A stretch of 63,277 nt of DNA, counting the filler, from Vermamoeba vermiformis (taxonomy: Eukaryota): NCBI GenBank assembly GCA_045837725.1. It is 5 parts of 5 records of this genome, joined end to end, with 100 filler letters (N's around TTAATTAATTAA, not from the genome) between each part and the next. Parts side by side here need not be neighbours in the genome. Positions count along the whole stretch, not along the records: positions 53,586 to 63,277 come from JBEWZL010000169.1; 4 more parts are not named here. One strand, written 5' to 3'. The notes under the pieces were generated by a model. It saw nothing but the letters and a program-made list of their open reading frames with translations. It searched no databases and was not told the origin of the DNA. The translations under genes were made by a program, and so were the position numbers. Every line of letters starts with the position of its first letter. Within the stretch, counting starts at the first letter, position 1. Below are positions 62,171-63,277 of the stretch, piece after piece.

Positions 62171-63277
62171 TTAATTGGATTGTAGAACTTGATCTATCTT
62201 CTTAATTTCGTCATAAGCAATGGCCAGGTGCTTGTAGTTGGGCATATCTCTGTTAGCCGCTACTTCACCCGGTTCAGAATTCGCAAATCTGGCACCATAG
62301 GCAACTAGTCTCTTAATGTGCTCTGTACAGTCTATTGTTTGGTCTGAATATAATAAGTAATAATACAAAAATGAGGTATAGCCAAGATTTCCTCCTCTTT
62401 TCGCATTCGGATCTAAAAAAAAGTTAAAAAAAACTTTGACTGTCAGATCCGGTTTTTTAAACCTCTATTAAGATTACCTGTTCCTAGTTCTAATAACCTG
62501 GTCTGAAACTTTTCCATATTCTTAAACCTTTCATAACTTAACCAAAGGTGCGGAAAGCCTTTAGTTAATTTTCCGCCGTAGTGCTCCACAATAAACTCTA
62601 ACATTTCAAAATCTTTGACAGCTACTATATAATCTGTTACTGTCATCTATTTCCTAATTTAGTAATCCTATGTTTATCTCATCATTTACGTACATTAGTG
62701 AATTCTTCTGTAAGGTATTTTGTTCCGTTAATAAAGGTGCTACTGATGCAGACCTTGCCGATTGGATGATTGACGTTAAATTTGTACTGAGGATGCTTTT
62801 CTTGGAAATAAAATAGCGTGCGTAAGTATGGCTCAGCGCCTTTTAGCTGCGGACGCGGCAATCTCTACAAAAATAAATTAACTTCAGAGTTATTAATAAC
62901 TACTGACGTACTCTTAAATATGGTTGGCTAAGACTTTGTAGTTTTTTGTTTAGATCCGCGAGTTTAACCCACGCGTGATCTTCGTATTTTTTGAAAAGCT
63001 CCAACACCAACAAAGTTGTTTTTCGTTCTGGACGTTGTTTAAGCTCATTGATATCATCGGTTGGCTTAAGAAACTGATCGCCAAGCATAAATAATAGTTC
63101 TATAATTACTGCTGATTTCTTGTCGTCTGCGTCGCGTGGATAATAATCCTGCTTGATTGAGGGCAGATCGGCAATAAAAGACTGATTTAAATTAATATTT
63201 ATAACGTCAATAATATCACATACCTCTATGATAAATGCGAGGACTTTATCCGCGTCGACAGCGTCAATTTGTTCGAC
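62171..63277 (-). CDS. Hypothetical multi-exon protein (5' end outside window)
   Basis: Successive minus-strand ORFs flanked by GT-AG sites; ankyrin-like LEFIVEHYGG / LVAYGA segments. Confidence 0.5.

Overview
Compact, intron-rich eukaryotic (protist-like, standard code, TTAGGG telomeres) draft genome window made of five contigs joined by artificial 100-nt N/TTAATTAATTAA spacers. Contig 1 (1-29223) is mainly housekeeping and conserved genes: ABHD1/3-like hydrolase, DUF4157-like HExxH peptidase, NAXE, LRR protein, WDR82/Swd2, histidine phosphatase, meiotic ZIP4/TEX11, TPS/TPP, RhoGAP, RPS5, and Ap4A phosphorylase carrying a U12 AT-AC intron. Contig 2 (29324-35262) holds secreted/surface-protein genes and an intronless deaminase. 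Contig 3 (35363-48984) is the stand-out: a telomere-capped unit with an array of eleven 41-bp hairpin repeats, then four co-oriented, spliced genes I cannot assign to host families. The largest has DxAxD / YDKxxE / RxE motifs in the order of Rep_trans (pT181 Rep / MOB_T) nicking enzymes, suggesting a subtelomeric rolling-circle-type mobile element (hypothesis). Contig 4 has an intronless phosphotransferase and FAD oxidoreductase. Contig 5 has LRR/F-box and beta-helix surface-protein genes plus a broken duplicate. Multi-exon gene spans were assembled by eye and family calls come from motif recognition, not database searches.
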